Below the pieces are notes generated by a model. That model saw nothing but the letters and a program-made list of their open reading frames with translations, made no database searches and had not been told where the DNA came from. The translations under genes and the position numbers were made by a program. From Pseudomonadota bacterium (GTDB taxonomy: Bacteria; Pseudomonadota; Alphaproteobacteria; UBA2136; JAPKEQ01), in NCBI GenBank assembly GCA_036141575.1, contig JAYZXF010000017.1:78077-142076 (forward strand): a stretch of DNA of 64,000 nucleotides, given 5' to 3'. Each line of letters begins with the position of its first letter. The first letter of the stretch is position 1. Shown piece by piece: positions 18,393-27,608 of the stretch.

Positions 18393-19121
18393 TCAATCAT
18401 CTGCCGTCCAGAACGAAAAGATGCTCTGAGCTTCGAGGTGATAGTAAGGGGTCTTTTCACCAAGGGTGACAACGCCTTTATCAATCAGGCTTTGTAGAAT
18501 GACCATTTCATTCTCATCAAAGTCAAGCTCAACGCCCCAGTCGCCTGCAAACCAAACACCATGGTAGGGTTTGTTGTCTCTCCATTTATGGATCAGGCAG
18601 CAGGCATTCATATGCTCTGATGTAGAGTAAGCGTCATGGTCTTCCATGAGGTGAGAGGTGTCTTCGCCTGCATCCTCTGCGGCGTAGTACTCCTTAATGC
18701 ACCCCCGCTTAACATGCTGACCAGCAGGGAAGTGCCGTACGCGCGGGCCTGCGCCTGTCATGGCTTTAAGGAGCATGATCTCATCATTGCTGAGAGCTGT
18801 TGGCGAGGCTGGAGGCGGCGTTTCGGGCCTGTCGAGCGCGGACGCCTCAAGAATTTGATAGAATGTGGCGCCTTGCTCTTTCATGAGGCTAAGCTTCCAG
18901 TTACTATTTAAATGGGCGCGACCATCAGAGATGATTTTGCAGAGAAACTGCCACTCTTCAAGTGTAACGGGGAGTAGGTCGTCTTCATTGACGGGCACAT
19001 TTTCTTGGGTGTTCTGTGCAGCAAGTTTATATGCTCTTGTGTCTGACACAAAGTAGTAGCACAGCTGTTTTTCAATGCTGGCAACAATGTACTCTTCAAG
19101 GGCGATGCCTGAAAGTTTCAT
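18393..19121 (-). CDS. hypothetical protein, tandem paralog 3 (EWQxLC family)
   Basis: 'VTLEEWQFLCKII' and 'ENEMVILQSLIDKGVVTLGEK'. Confidence 0.55.
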   Translation of the reverse strand: MKLSGIALEEYIVASIEKQLCYYFVSDTRAYKLAAQNTQENVPVNEDDLLPVTLEEWQFLCKIISDGRAHLNSNWKLSLMKEQGATFYQILEASALDRPETPPPASPTALSNDEIMLLKAMTGAGPRVRHFPAGQHVKRGCIKEYYAAEDAGEDTSHLMEDHDAYSTSEHMNACCLIHKWRDNKPYHGVWFAGDWGVELDFDENEMVILQSLIDKGVVTLGEKTPYYHLEAQSIFSFWTADD

Positions 19122-19239
19122 AAGAGAGCCTCCAAAAGAAAAAGGGAAAAGATAGATTTTGTGTATCCCTTTGTTACCTGAGAGGTTTTATTTTGCCAAG
19201 TGAATTATTTGAAAATGAGCATGGAAAAATCGGCATAGT

Positions 19240-20031
19240 TTGTGTATCATCCGGCTCATGGCATACCACATTACCATCTTCACACAAGATAACACCAGCA
19301 GAGGCGGGCGTCATTTTAAGATCCGTAAACCTTTGTTTTGGATATGCTTAATGCTGTTTTTGGTGCTGCCATCTCTGGCGCATTACACAATTATTTTCCA
19401 CATTATGCCAACGTACGCCGTTAAAAAGGCGCAGGGTATGGAAGAAGAGATTACAGGCCTAGCCAGTGGTGTATATACTCTGGAAGAAGAGAACACTCTT
19501 CTAAAGGCGAGGCTCAAGAGCATTACAACAGAGCTTGAAGAAGAGCAGGCTGTACGTAGTGAGCTTGCAGCCCGCATTGCCATTGCTGAAAATGCGCGTT
19601 CATCTTTTGCCAATAAAGCCCAGCAGCTTGAGCAAGAAGTGATTGATCTACGTGCCAGCACCAAGTTTTACGAAGATATTCTAAACCCATCAGAAACAGT
19701 GGGTGAGCTTCAATGTTATAACATTACCACCAGTCTGAATAAGGGAACGCTTAAGTATGGCGTCAATTTCCTCCATCAAAACCAGAACAATACAACGTCT
19801 AAAAAATATAAAATTGTTGTCAATGTGATGAGTGGTGTGAAAGCATCAGATCTTGAAAATATGGAAATTCAAGACGGCGATGATGTGAAAGAAGTGAAGT
19901 TCAAGAAGTCTTACACAATGAAGGGCAGTCTCGATGTGACTTTGCCTGATAATAAGCTCCGCATGCTTGATGTGCGTGCTTACAAAGATGGGACAAATGA
20001 GCTTGTCGGTCATTGCTGGAAAGCTTTCTAG
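19240..20031 (+). CDS. hypothetical coiled-coil protein (start uncertain)
   Basis: Heptad-like stretch 'LEEENTLLKARLKSITTELEEEQAVRSELAARIAIAE'. Confidence 0.45.
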   Translation: MCIIRLMAYHITIFTQDNTSRGGRHFKIRKPLFWICLMLFLVLPSLAHYTIIFHIMPTYAVKKAQGMEEEITGLASGVYTLEEENTLLKARLKSITTELEEEQAVRSELAARIAIAENARSSFANKAQQLEQEVIDLRASTKFYEDILNPSETVGELQCYNITTSLNKGTLKYGVNFLHQNQNNTTSKKYKIVVNVMSGVKASDLENMEIQDGDDVKEVKFKKSYTMKGSLDVTLPDNKLRMLDVRAYKDGTNELVGHCWKAF

Positions 20032-20142
20032 CATATATAAAAATCATCTTTTACACGCTTCATTGCTTATGTATTGGTCCATACATGGCGCTCTTTATCC
20101 TGCAAAAATTGCTTTTTTATATATGCTAGAAATATATTAAAA

Positions 20143-20348
20143 GAAGTCTTCGTGGTGCTTCATAAACGAGTGCGTAGTGAAGCGGAGCCAAAACCTTAAG
20201 AGGTTTTGAGCGGTTTAAAGCATTTAAAAATAAGGCGGAGCATTATTTTTGAAAGTAAGGGGTTTAAACCAAGACCATGCTTTGCGAGTTATCGCCTTTT
20301 TGGAGCAGCGTAGCGAATGAAAAAAGCGAGAACATGAAGCAAAGAATT
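20143..20348. repeat. intergenic repeat element, module B copy (near-identical to 58357-58555)
   Basis: Shared string 'gagccaaaaccttaagaggttttgagcggttt(a/g)aagca.ttaaaaataag...ggtttaaaccaagac...ctttgcg.g.tatcg.ctttttgga/agcag...gaatgaaaaaagcgaga'. Confidence 0.8.
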
Positions 20349-20467
20349 AAGAAATCTCTGATTGGAATTTATCCGCATATTTGCTATATTAAGAAGGTTA
20401 AGGGACGCGCATTCTGTAGCGTTCTTGGGGAAAAATAACAATTATAATGCGTTAAGGGAAACACTTC

Positions 20468-21058
20468 ATGTGGCCATTTAAGAAGAAAGAGAACACAGGC
20501 TCACTCGACATTGTAGAAGAGCCAGGTCTACACGACGGACACTGCTATATGGCAGGGAGCATGCGTGTAACCGGTGATGTTGTCTTTTCTGGTACATTCC
20601 GTATTGACGGCCGTATTGACGGTAAAGTTGGCGTACATGCAGGTAAAAACGGCTCTGTGATCCTCTCTAAAGGGTCTGTTGTTAATGGCCCTGTGCAGTG
20701 TAGCAATTTGGTGTGTGACGGTGCAATCCTTGGCGATGTAAATGTTTCTGGACGCTTAGAGTTACGTGCAAGCGCAGTCATCCGCGGTTCTGTACAGTAT
20801 GGTTCAATCCACATTGCTGAAGGGGCTCGCCTAGAAGGTCGTTGTGTTCAGCATAGCTCAATTGCTAAAAACTCTGGCCCTGTTCTGCAAAAGAAAGCGC
20901 CAACGCATGGCGGTTTTGAAAAGGCAGCAGAACAGCTTTCACAGCAAACACCTCGCGTGGTTGCAGGAACATCTCTAAATACACAAGAAACGCAGCAGAA
21001 AACGGCTTCAACAGCTGAAGCGCCAGCAAGTTTCCTGAAAAAAGCGCAGAATTCTTAA
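20468..21058 (+). CDS. bactofilin family cytoskeletal protein
   Basis: Bactofilin/CcmA (DUF583) beta-helical repeats 'VTGDVVFSGTFRIDGRIDGKVGVHAGKNGSVILSKGSVVNGPVQCSNLVCDGAILGDVNVSGRLEL'. Confidence 0.8.
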   Translation: MWPFKKKENTGSLDIVEEPGLHDGHCYMAGSMRVTGDVVFSGTFRIDGRIDGKVGVHAGKNGSVILSKGSVVNGPVQCSNLVCDGAILGDVNVSGRLELRASAVIRGSVQYGSIHIAEGARLEGRCVQHSSIAKNSGPVLQKKAPTHGGFEKAAEQLSQQTPRVVAGTSLNTQETQQKTASTAEAPASFLKKAQNS

Positions 21059-21061
21059 AAT

Positions 21062-21580
21062 ATGGCGTTTATCCTACCATTCAAGGGAACGCTTCCAGCT
21101 ATTGATGAAACAGCTTACGTGGCGCCAAGTGCCACAATTGCGGGTGATGTCCACATTGGGGCAGGGACCAGCATTTGGTTTAATGTTGCCATTCGTGGTG
21201 ATGTGCATCATGTGCGTATTGGTGAAAACGTAAACATCCAAGATGGCACGGTTTGCCATGTAACAAACAAAAAGTTCTCTCTTGAAATTGGTGACCGTGT
21301 CACGGTTGGGCATGGCGCTATCTTGCATGGCTGTGTGCTTGAAGAGGAATCATTTGTTGGTATGGGTGCAATTGTTATGGATGGAGCGCGTGTAGAAAGT
21401 GGTGCTATGGTTGCTGCTGGTGCACTCGTTAGCCCGGGTAAGGTTGTTAAAAAGGGCGAGCTTTGGAGTGGAATGCCAGCGAAAAAGATGCGTGATATGA
21501 CACAAGATGAGATTGACTATCTTCCTTGGTCAGCTGAGCATTACAGGGTGCTTGGTGCTCAATATAAGTCTGAAAGCTAA
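21062..21580 (+). CDS. gamma-carbonic-anhydrase-like / hexapeptide-repeat (LbH) protein
   Basis: Left-handed beta-helix repeats 'AYVAPSATIAGDVHIGAGTSIWFNVAIRGDV...VRIGENVNIQDGTVCH'. The start is 4 nt after the bactofilin stop. Confidence 0.75.
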   Translation: MAFILPFKGTLPAIDETAYVAPSATIAGDVHIGAGTSIWFNVAIRGDVHHVRIGENVNIQDGTVCHVTNKKFSLEIGDRVTVGHGAILHGCVLEEESFVGMGAIVMDGARVESGAMVAAGALVSPGKVVKKGELWSGMPAKKMRDMTQDEIDYLPWSAEHYRVLGAQYKSES

Positions 21581-21685
21581 AAAGACTTAAAGTTTAAATA
21601 CTTTACCCTGTCAGGAATGGCAGGGTTTTGCTTTTTCTACACACTATAAATACTCAGGGTAGTTAGGTTTAGGAGGAATCTGCAC

Positions 21686-22255
21686 ATGCGTGATCAAAAT
21701 GGATACAGATCCGTAAAAGGAGAAATGGTCGTTGGATTTACCAACGACGGTAAGATGTATTCTACTCCTTTTAAGGAACATGACCCAAACTATGTTGGGC
21801 TTTCACATGAGGATAAAACAAGAGAACGTTACGTTGTGACGTTTAAAGAGCATGAAGATGGTAAGCTTGTTGTAAATTCACTTACACGTGACGATGCCTA
21901 TACAGATGAGATTAAAGCAGCCTTTGCAAGAGGTGAGGCCACAGAGCGTGATGTTGAGTATCATGTTAAGCCTGAAGGAAAAGAAATTCATGGTATGCTC
22001 CTTAAAGAAGGTCATGAAATTACCATGGTAGATCCAGATAAAGCAGGGGATTACCAAGCACAGCGAGAATTCGATGAAATGCGCGCAGATTTTAGTCAGT
22101 CACAGGAAGCTTTCGGTGAAAAAGTCCCTGTCACTGTAGATATGAATGAAATGGTTGTGACTCAATCACGCCAACAGTGGAGTGAAAGGGTGCACGGTAC
22201 AGAAGACCGTGATGCTGGTAACCAGCCAACTCGAGAATTTGAACAGTCTATGTAG
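21686..22255 (+). CDS. hypothetical acidic protein
   Basis: 189 aa, D/E-rich. Confidence 0.5.
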   Translation: MRDQNGYRSVKGEMVVGFTNDGKMYSTPFKEHDPNYVGLSHEDKTRERYVVTFKEHEDGKLVVNSLTRDDAYTDEIKAAFARGEATERDVEYHVKPEGKEIHGMLLKEGHEITMVDPDKAGDYQAQREFDEMRADFSQSQEAFGEKVPVTVDMNEMVVTQSRQQWSERVHGTEDRDAGNQPTREFEQSM

Positions 22256-22276
22256 GCCTTAGGGAGGAACAGTAAA

Positions 22277-23194
22277 ATGTCTGAAAAGCACACAATGGTT
22301 TTTGAAAGAGATCTGGATAACGGAACTTTTGAAGCTTTGCACAAAGGTACAATGGAGCAGCGCGCAAAAGCGACTGAAGGTCAGGCTATGTCTGCTGCTG
22401 ATGCTCCAAACAAAGATACCTATTACATTACTGGTTCTAAAGGTGAGGATGGTGCATTTGTTATTGATGAAATTCATCGCTCTGGTGCATCTACAGTACG
22501 TTTTGCTCAACGCATGCAAGCTGATGAAGGCCTAAGCCAAGACCGTAGAAATGAAGAGTTTGAAGCTTATACACATCCAGAACATGTTGATGTTGAAGGT
22601 GTACGTTTTTCTGTTGGTGGCCCCATGTCTGGTGAGGTAAAGGACCTTGAACTTGCGACCTCTGACAGAGCGTATAAAACATTTGAAAATGCGGAGAAGT
22701 ATCTAGAGACTGCTGCCGTACATATTAACCATGGTGTTGGTGAAGCAGTACATGCGAATCAAAAAGCAGAGCGAGAGGCACCTGGACATGTATTTGAGAA
22801 GCAAATTGCATTTGGTCTAGAGCAAGATGGCCAGCTGTTTGCTGAAGAAGTATATAGCCAAGATCATATGCCTGGTAGAGATGAGTGTATGATGCAGCTT
22901 GGAAGAGATCATGACGGTCAAGTTGTTGTGACTCAGCTTTCTCGTAAAAGTGCTGTTTCAGGTGAGGAACCTCAGCTACAAGATTCAGTACATTTTATGG
23001 GGCAAAAGTTTGAGGTCGGCCAGCCGGTTGGAGAGCTAGAAGCGCATGGTAACTTTAGCCCGGAGCAAGCTGAAAAAGTACAGGCAGTGATGACGAATAT
23101 GCGTCATAGCTACATTCGTACAACAGGTGAAGCCCCAGAGCTTAAGCCGGGACGTGAGATGGAAATGCAAGTTGACGACGGTATGTCTCGTTAA
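22277..23194 (+). CDS. hypothetical acidic protein
   Basis: 305 aa, with an RBS-like 'ggagg' upstream. Terminator at 23205-23232. Confidence 0.5.
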   Translation: MSEKHTMVFERDLDNGTFEALHKGTMEQRAKATEGQAMSAADAPNKDTYYITGSKGEDGAFVIDEIHRSGASTVRFAQRMQADEGLSQDRRNEEFEAYTHPEHVDVEGVRFSVGGPMSGEVKDLELATSDRAYKTFENAEKYLETAAVHINHGVGEAVHANQKAEREAPGHVFEKQIAFGLEQDGQLFAEEVYSQDHMPGRDECMMQLGRDHDGQVVVTQLSRKSAVSGEEPQLQDSVHFMGQKFEVGQPVGELEAHGNFSPEQAEKVQAVMTNMRHSYIRTTGEAPELKPGREMEMQVDDGMSR

Positions 23195-23321
23195 TATCAA
23201 AATATTCAAAAGGCCTGCTCGTCAGGCCTTTTTTACGCCGAGAAGCTATTGCTTGCGTCAATGGCACTTTAGGCGTACCCTTTTAACCAATAATTTTTAA
23301 CAAGAAGAAGGCACATCTCTT

Positions 23322-24377
23322 ATGGATAAAGCAGCTCTTAAAACCACCGCAGATAATCTGGTGAAATCAGGAAAAGGTATTCTTGCCGCTGATGAAAGCA
23401 CAGGCACAGCTGGTAAGCGCCTTGCGAGCATTGGTATGGAAAACACAGAAGATAACCGTCGTGCAATGCGCGATCTATTCTTTAGCACAAGCGGTGCAGC
23501 TGAATACATTAGTGGTGTAATTCTATTTGATGAGACTCTTCGTCAAGAACGCCTAGACGGCAAAATGACATTTGCAACAGATATGATGGCGCATGGTGTC
23601 ATTCCAGGTATTAAAGTTGACCAAGGTCTAGAAGATGCTTTTAAGCCGGGTGAAAAAGTAACAAACGGCCTAGATGGTTTACCTGAGCGTTTGGCTGAGT
23701 ACTTTGAGCTGGGTGCACGTTTTGCCAAGTGGCGCAGCGTATTTAGCATTACAGATACGCTGCCAAGTGCTGAGTGTGTTGAAGAAAACTGTGACCGCCT
23801 CGCGCGCTACGCAAAAATGTGCCAGCAGGCGGGTATTGTGCCAATCGTTGAGCCTGAAATGCTGATGGATGCCGCAGATGCTGTTCATACAATTGACCAA
23901 GCTTACGCAGCAACAACACGTGTGCATAAAGCACTCTTTGCTAAACTTAAAGAGCATGGTGTTTACCTTGAAGGTGTTCTGCTAAAGCCGAGCATGGTCA
24001 TTGAAGGTCATGTGTGCGACGTGTGCGCGACAACGCAGCAAGTGGCAGAGATGACTGTTAAATGCCTGAAGGAAAGCGTGCCTGCAGACGTTGCTGGTGT
24101 TGTGTTCCTATCTGGTGGTCAAACAGATATCCAAGCAACTGAGCACCTGAACTTGATGAACAAACTTGATGGTGACCTACCTTGGCCACTCAGCTTCTCT
24201 TACGGACGTGCACTTCAAGGTGCGGCTCTACAAGCTTGGGGCGGACGTGATGATGCTGTTGAAAACGCGCGTGCAACATTCCTGCACCGCGCTAAAATGA
24301 ACAGCCTAGCCACAAAAGGCCTGTACACTGCAGATAAAGAAGACGGCCTTTGCCTTGGCAAATGTGCGTGCGCTTAA
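23322..24377 (+). CDS. fba: fructose-bisphosphate aldolase, class I
   Basis: 'KGILAADESTGT..KRL' and the overall class I FBA pattern. 351 aa. Confidence 0.85.
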   Translation: MDKAALKTTADNLVKSGKGILAADESTGTAGKRLASIGMENTEDNRRAMRDLFFSTSGAAEYISGVILFDETLRQERLDGKMTFATDMMAHGVIPGIKVDQGLEDAFKPGEKVTNGLDGLPERLAEYFELGARFAKWRSVFSITDTLPSAECVEENCDRLARYAKMCQQAGIVPIVEPEMLMDAADAVHTIDQAYAATTRVHKALFAKLKEHGVYLEGVLLKPSMVIEGHVCDVCATTQQVAEMTVKCLKESVPADVAGVVFLSGGQTDIQATEHLNLMNKLDGDLPWPLSFSYGRALQGAALQAWGGRDDAVENARATFLHRAKMNSLATKGLYTADKEDGLCLGKCACA

Positions 24378-24393
24378 GTTCTTAAAGAACACA

Positions 24394-24424
24394 GAAAAGG
24401 GGCCTCATGGGGCTCCTTTTTTAT
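24394..24424 (+). terminator. rho-independent terminator after fba
   Basis: 'aggggcctcatggggctcc' followed by T6. Confidence 0.6.
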
Positions 24425-24515
24425 GAATAGCATTTCAGTTTGACAGCGTCGTAGTGAATCTTTACGATGAGGGTGTATCTCAATCTAATTCTTTCTTTTT
24501 CTAAGGACTAACCTC

Positions 24516-24902
24516 ATGCCTTTAGGTTTTGAACGGTGGGAAGACGCGACGCTAGAGCAGCTTTATGAAGCGATTATGACGTATTTTGACGTAGTGCTCA
24601 AAGAGGCTGAAGAGCTTGACTTTGAAATATTTAGCGTAAGCGAAGACGGAGCTGTGACCCATAAAGGGACCACCACTTTAAATTTGATGTTTGTTTGCCT
24701 TGCTGTAGACGTGCTGCGTAAACATCACCAGATGAGCAGTGCCAGTGTGGCTCATGCTCTGAGTGATCTTGGTTATAAGCCGTGCCGCGAGGCCGTGCTC
24801 AAACTCATTGATGCTTATGATGGTGACGGTGTTGAATCAGAGTTCAAAGTAAGCCGTGATCGCGTATTTGACGTGGCACGCCTTTTGAGCTCTGCAGACT
24901 AA
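24516..24902 (+). CDS. hypothetical protein
   Basis: 128-aa ORF. Terminator at 24906-24935. Confidence 0.45.
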   Translation: MPLGFERWEDATLEQLYEAIMTYFDVVLKEAEELDFEIFSVSEDGAVTHKGTTTLNLMFVCLAVDVLRKHHQMSSASVAHALSDLGYKPCREAVLKLIDAYDGDGVESEFKVSRDRVFDVARLLSSAD

Positions 24903-25015
24903 ATCGAGAAAAGCCCCTTTTGTGTAAGGGGCTTTTTGTTTGACGTTACATGAGTGGCTCGCTATGTTGAAATCAATTCTGATCTCTTATCTTTTGTTTT
25001 CAAGGAGTTTTTCTG

Positions 25016-25381
25016 ATGCAGTTTTCACTTCCTCAGAAGATTAAATTCGCACTTTTTGACCGTAAAGGCAAAAAGGCGGCTAAACGTATCCAAGTGTTGT
25101 GTGAGACAACAATGGATTTGTATAAATCTGGCCCGGGTCATGATAAGGGCATGTTCTTCGTTATGAGTACTATGGGTTTATCTCATGCTGTTGCTGTGCT
25201 GAGAGCTCGCTTTGGTGATGATGAATCCTTGCGTATGTTACGTGCCCAGAGCTATGCCATTGACGGTGATGATGTGGACAAGATTATTGCCACCTTGGAC
25301 GGTGTAAAAGAAGGTAATGCGGAGCGTGAGGCCATTGTGATAAACCTGACGTTTTTGCGTAGTGCCTTTAATGGGCAGTAA
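25016..25381 (+). CDS. hypothetical protein
   Basis: 121 aa. Stop/start overlap TAATG with the next gene. Confidence 0.45.
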   Translation: MQFSLPQKIKFALFDRKGKKAAKRIQVLCETTMDLYKSGPGHDKGMFFVMSTMGLSHAVAVLRARFGDDESLRMLRAQSYAIDGDDVDKIIATLDGVKEGNAEREAIVINLTFLRSAFNGQ

Positions 25382-25764
25382 TGGAGGGTCGTATCCAAGA
25401 ACGCCATGTGAAGGCGCTGATCCATTGCGCCAATGAAGCGTTTCGTCTCGCGAAGCAGCATCATTATAGGTTTTTCATCCCGCCTTACAAAGACACGCAA
25501 GCCCTCATGCATTTGCATTTTGTGCCTTTCTTTTATGAAGGGGCAGTCAACATTATGGGTGAAGCATTTGTAGAGAAGGAGCTTGCGATTTGTTTCCAGT
25601 ATCGGGGCAAAGACGTGAAGACCTTCAAAAGAGCTTATCAACGCCATCTGGAAGAGTTTCCTGATAAAGAAACACCAGAAGCTATTGCTGCGGCATATGA
25701 AGCCTTAAACCTGCTTGGAGCTGTTCTTCAGTCTCCCCATCGAAAGAAAAAGTCCCGTCAGTAG
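25381..25764 (+). CDS. hypothetical protein
   Basis: 127 aa, translationally coupled to the previous gene. A terminator follows. Confidence 0.45.
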   Translation: MEGRIQERHVKALIHCANEAFRLAKQHHYRFFIPPYKDTQALMHLHFVPFFYEGAVNIMGEAFVEKELAICFQYRGKDVKTFKRAYQRHLEEFPDKETPEAIAAAYEALNLLGAVLQSPHRKKKSRQ

Positions 25765-25788
25765 CGGGACTTTTTAAATTTTGAAGGC

Positions 25789-26373
25789 TTAGAACTCTTC
25801 AGGCATGTCATCTGTGAGTGAGTCCATCATCGGCTCATTCATTGGTTCCATCATCGGCTCCATCATTGAGTCCATGTGAGTATCCATAGAAACTTTATCA
25901 GGTGTAAGACCTGTCATTTCCATCATGCTGTCTTCCATCATTTTAAGCTCTTTACTGATTTCTTCCATTTGCTCGCTTACGTCTTCGCCGCGTGCTTCAG
26001 CTTCTTCAAGCTCTTTTGCTTTTATAGCAAGTTCATCAAGAACCTTCATCATGTCGTCAACAATGCTCAGGCTGCTGTTCAGTTCATCTAGGCTACCTTG
26101 TAGGTTATCTAACTGTGGGCCACCAATGGCGTCTAGGCTAATTGGAGCAGGGATTTCATTGTTCATGTAAACGCTTTGTTTTGCTTCAAGCTGGCCAAGA
26201 GATTTTGAGAAAATATCAAGGTTAGACTCAAGGCGGGTAATTTCTTGCTGAGCAATTTCAATTTTTACTTTCTGGCTCATCATTGTGAAGAGCAGGTAAG
26301 CGACCGCAATTGAAAGTGCCAGAATAATCACAGATACAATATTAATTTGGCGCTTTTCTGATTCGTAAGACAT
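25789..26373 (-). CDS. membrane-anchored coiled-coil protein with a C-terminal (M)(M)EP repeat tract
   Basis: N-terminal TM 'IVSVIILALSIAVAYLLFTMM', a long heptad region, and C-terminal 'MMEPMMEPMNEPMMDSL'. Confidence 0.5.
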   Translation of the reverse strand: MSYESEKRQINIVSVIILALSIAVAYLLFTMMSQKVKIEIAQQEITRLESNLDIFSKSLGQLEAKQSVYMNNEIPAPISLDAIGGPQLDNLQGSLDELNSSLSIVDDMMKVLDELAIKAKELEEAEARGEDVSEQMEEISKELKMMEDSMMEMTGLTPDKVSMDTHMDSMMEPMMEPMNEPMMDSLTDDMPEEF

Positions 26374-26485
26374 GGTTTATGTTCTTTTTCTTGTTCAAAA
26401 TTAGGTTTGTTACCATACTAGTAAAAACGAATTTTCTTAAAAGAACAAGCGCCAATAGATAAATTGGCCAAGGGGAGAGATAAAA

Positions 26486-26818
26486 ATGCTACTCACAACA
26501 ACACCTTATGTTGAAGGTTACACCATTCGCCGTTACGGCCCAATGGTAGCCAGTGAAGCGGTCATGGGTACCAACCTGTTTAAGGATTACTTTGCAAAAG
26601 TACGTGATATTGTTGGTGGACGCTCTGGTGCGTTCCAAAATGCTCTTGCAGATGCGCGTGAATCTATTCTTCATGAAATCCAAGTGCAGGCTCAGCAATC
26701 TGAGTGTAACGCCATTATCGGTATTGATATTGACTACGGTGAGGTATCAGGTGGTGATAAGACAATGCTTCTTGTTGCTGCAACAGGTACAGCGGTTTAC
26801 ATTGAGCCGATTACTTAG
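26486..26818 (+). CDS. YbjQ/UPF0145 family protein
   Basis: 'MLLTTTP.VEGY.I..Y.G.V.SE.V.G.N.F.D......D..GG.S..' and a C-terminal 'ATGTAV' pattern. 110 aa. Confidence 0.75.
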   Translation: MLLTTTPYVEGYTIRRYGPMVASEAVMGTNLFKDYFAKVRDIVGGRSGAFQNALADARESILHEIQVQAQQSECNAIIGIDIDYGEVSGGDKTMLLVAATGTAVYIEPIT

Positions 26819-26825
26819 TTTTTTG

Positions 26826-27012
26826 TAGCTTGCTTCCTGTCTTTTATTTTTCAAATATAAAATTTGTAAAATAAAATTCAACGCAAGCTAGAGTCTTGGT
26901 TTAAAACCTTCCTTGTAAAAACAGTACTCCGTCCTGCTTTTAGCTTTTTTAAACCGCCCAAAACGCCTGAACGTTTTGGTTCGGCTACTCGCCTCACACT
27001 CTCATAGGCCAA
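26826..27012. repeat. intergenic repeat element copy: module A hairpin core (26842-26876) plus an inverted fragment of module B (26973-27012)
   Basis: 'ttttatttttcaaatataaaatttgtaaaataaaa' matches the palindromic core of the 58160-58220 hairpin. 'gttttggttcggctactcgcctcacactctcataggccaa' is the reverse complement of 58357-58396. Confidence 0.7.
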
Positions 27013-27295
27013 CACTTCTATTGTGTCCTAGTACTTTGCGGAGCAAAGCGCAGCCGGCGCTTAAGGGCGCCGAGCGCAAAGGTACAAAGTAGGGTAAGCT
27101 GCAGAGCAGCCGTGCCTTTGCAAGATATAAATAAGGTGTTAAATGGCAGGCAGTGTGTCTGTGCGCAGGGCACCGCCTCAACCTGACAGGCCGAGAGTCA
27201 AGAAAGGAAAAAATAACCAAAACAGCTCTTGTCACTTAGGCAGATACACGTTAGTTTATTCCACATTCAAAAGTTTCAAAAATAAGGGATAAGTC

Positions 27296-27544
27296 ATGCA
27301 TATCGAGTCTGATCACGATAGACAAAAAGTAAAAGAATATTTCAAGCAAGCGCTGAACGTAAACCGCAGTGTTGAAGAAGCAAAAGCTGAACTGAAAGAT
27401 ATTCTAGACGTTCTTAACGAACAGCATGAAATCAAGCCATCAATTGCACGTAAAGTGATTAAAGCTATGGAGAAGGGCAACATGCCTGAGATCCGCCATC
27501 AGAACGAACAGTTCGAAGATCTTTACCAAGCAGTGATTCGCTAA
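27296..27544 (+). CDS. small hypothetical protein
   Basis: 82 aa with RBS 'aagggataag'. Terminator at 27569-27588. Confidence 0.4.
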   Translation: MHIESDHDRQKVKEYFKQALNVNRSVEEAKAELKDILDVLNEQHEIKPSIARKVIKAMEKGNMPEIRHQNEQFEDLYQAVIR

Positions 27545-27563
27545 GGTTGAATTGATCTTGACT

Positions 27564-27594
27564 TAAAAAGGCGCCACATTGGCGCCTTTTTAAA
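27564..27594. terminator. bidirectional terminator 'aaaaaggcgccacattggcgcctttttaaa'
   Basis: Perfect 8-bp stem between convergent genes. Confidence 0.7.
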
Positions 27595-27608
27595 TGCGAC
27601 ATATCCCT

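Noticed and set aside
19240-19420. The long N-terminal extension of the 19240-20031 ORF ('MCIIRLMAYHITIFTQDN...') as genuine coding sequence
   Set aside because: It has hydrophobic, low-complexity composition and overlaps an AT-rich probable promoter region. The real start is probably an internal Met, but which one cannot be decided from the sequence alone.
26821-27295. tmRNA (ssrA), RNase P RNA, SRP RNA or 6S RNA in the long gene-free stretch
   Set aside because: By eye I could not find the tag-peptide reading frame with a resume codon, the 'GGAAGGAAGCAGC' SRP domain IV, or the RNase P 'AGGAAAGUCC' P4 element. The region is kept only as a structured non-coding segment.
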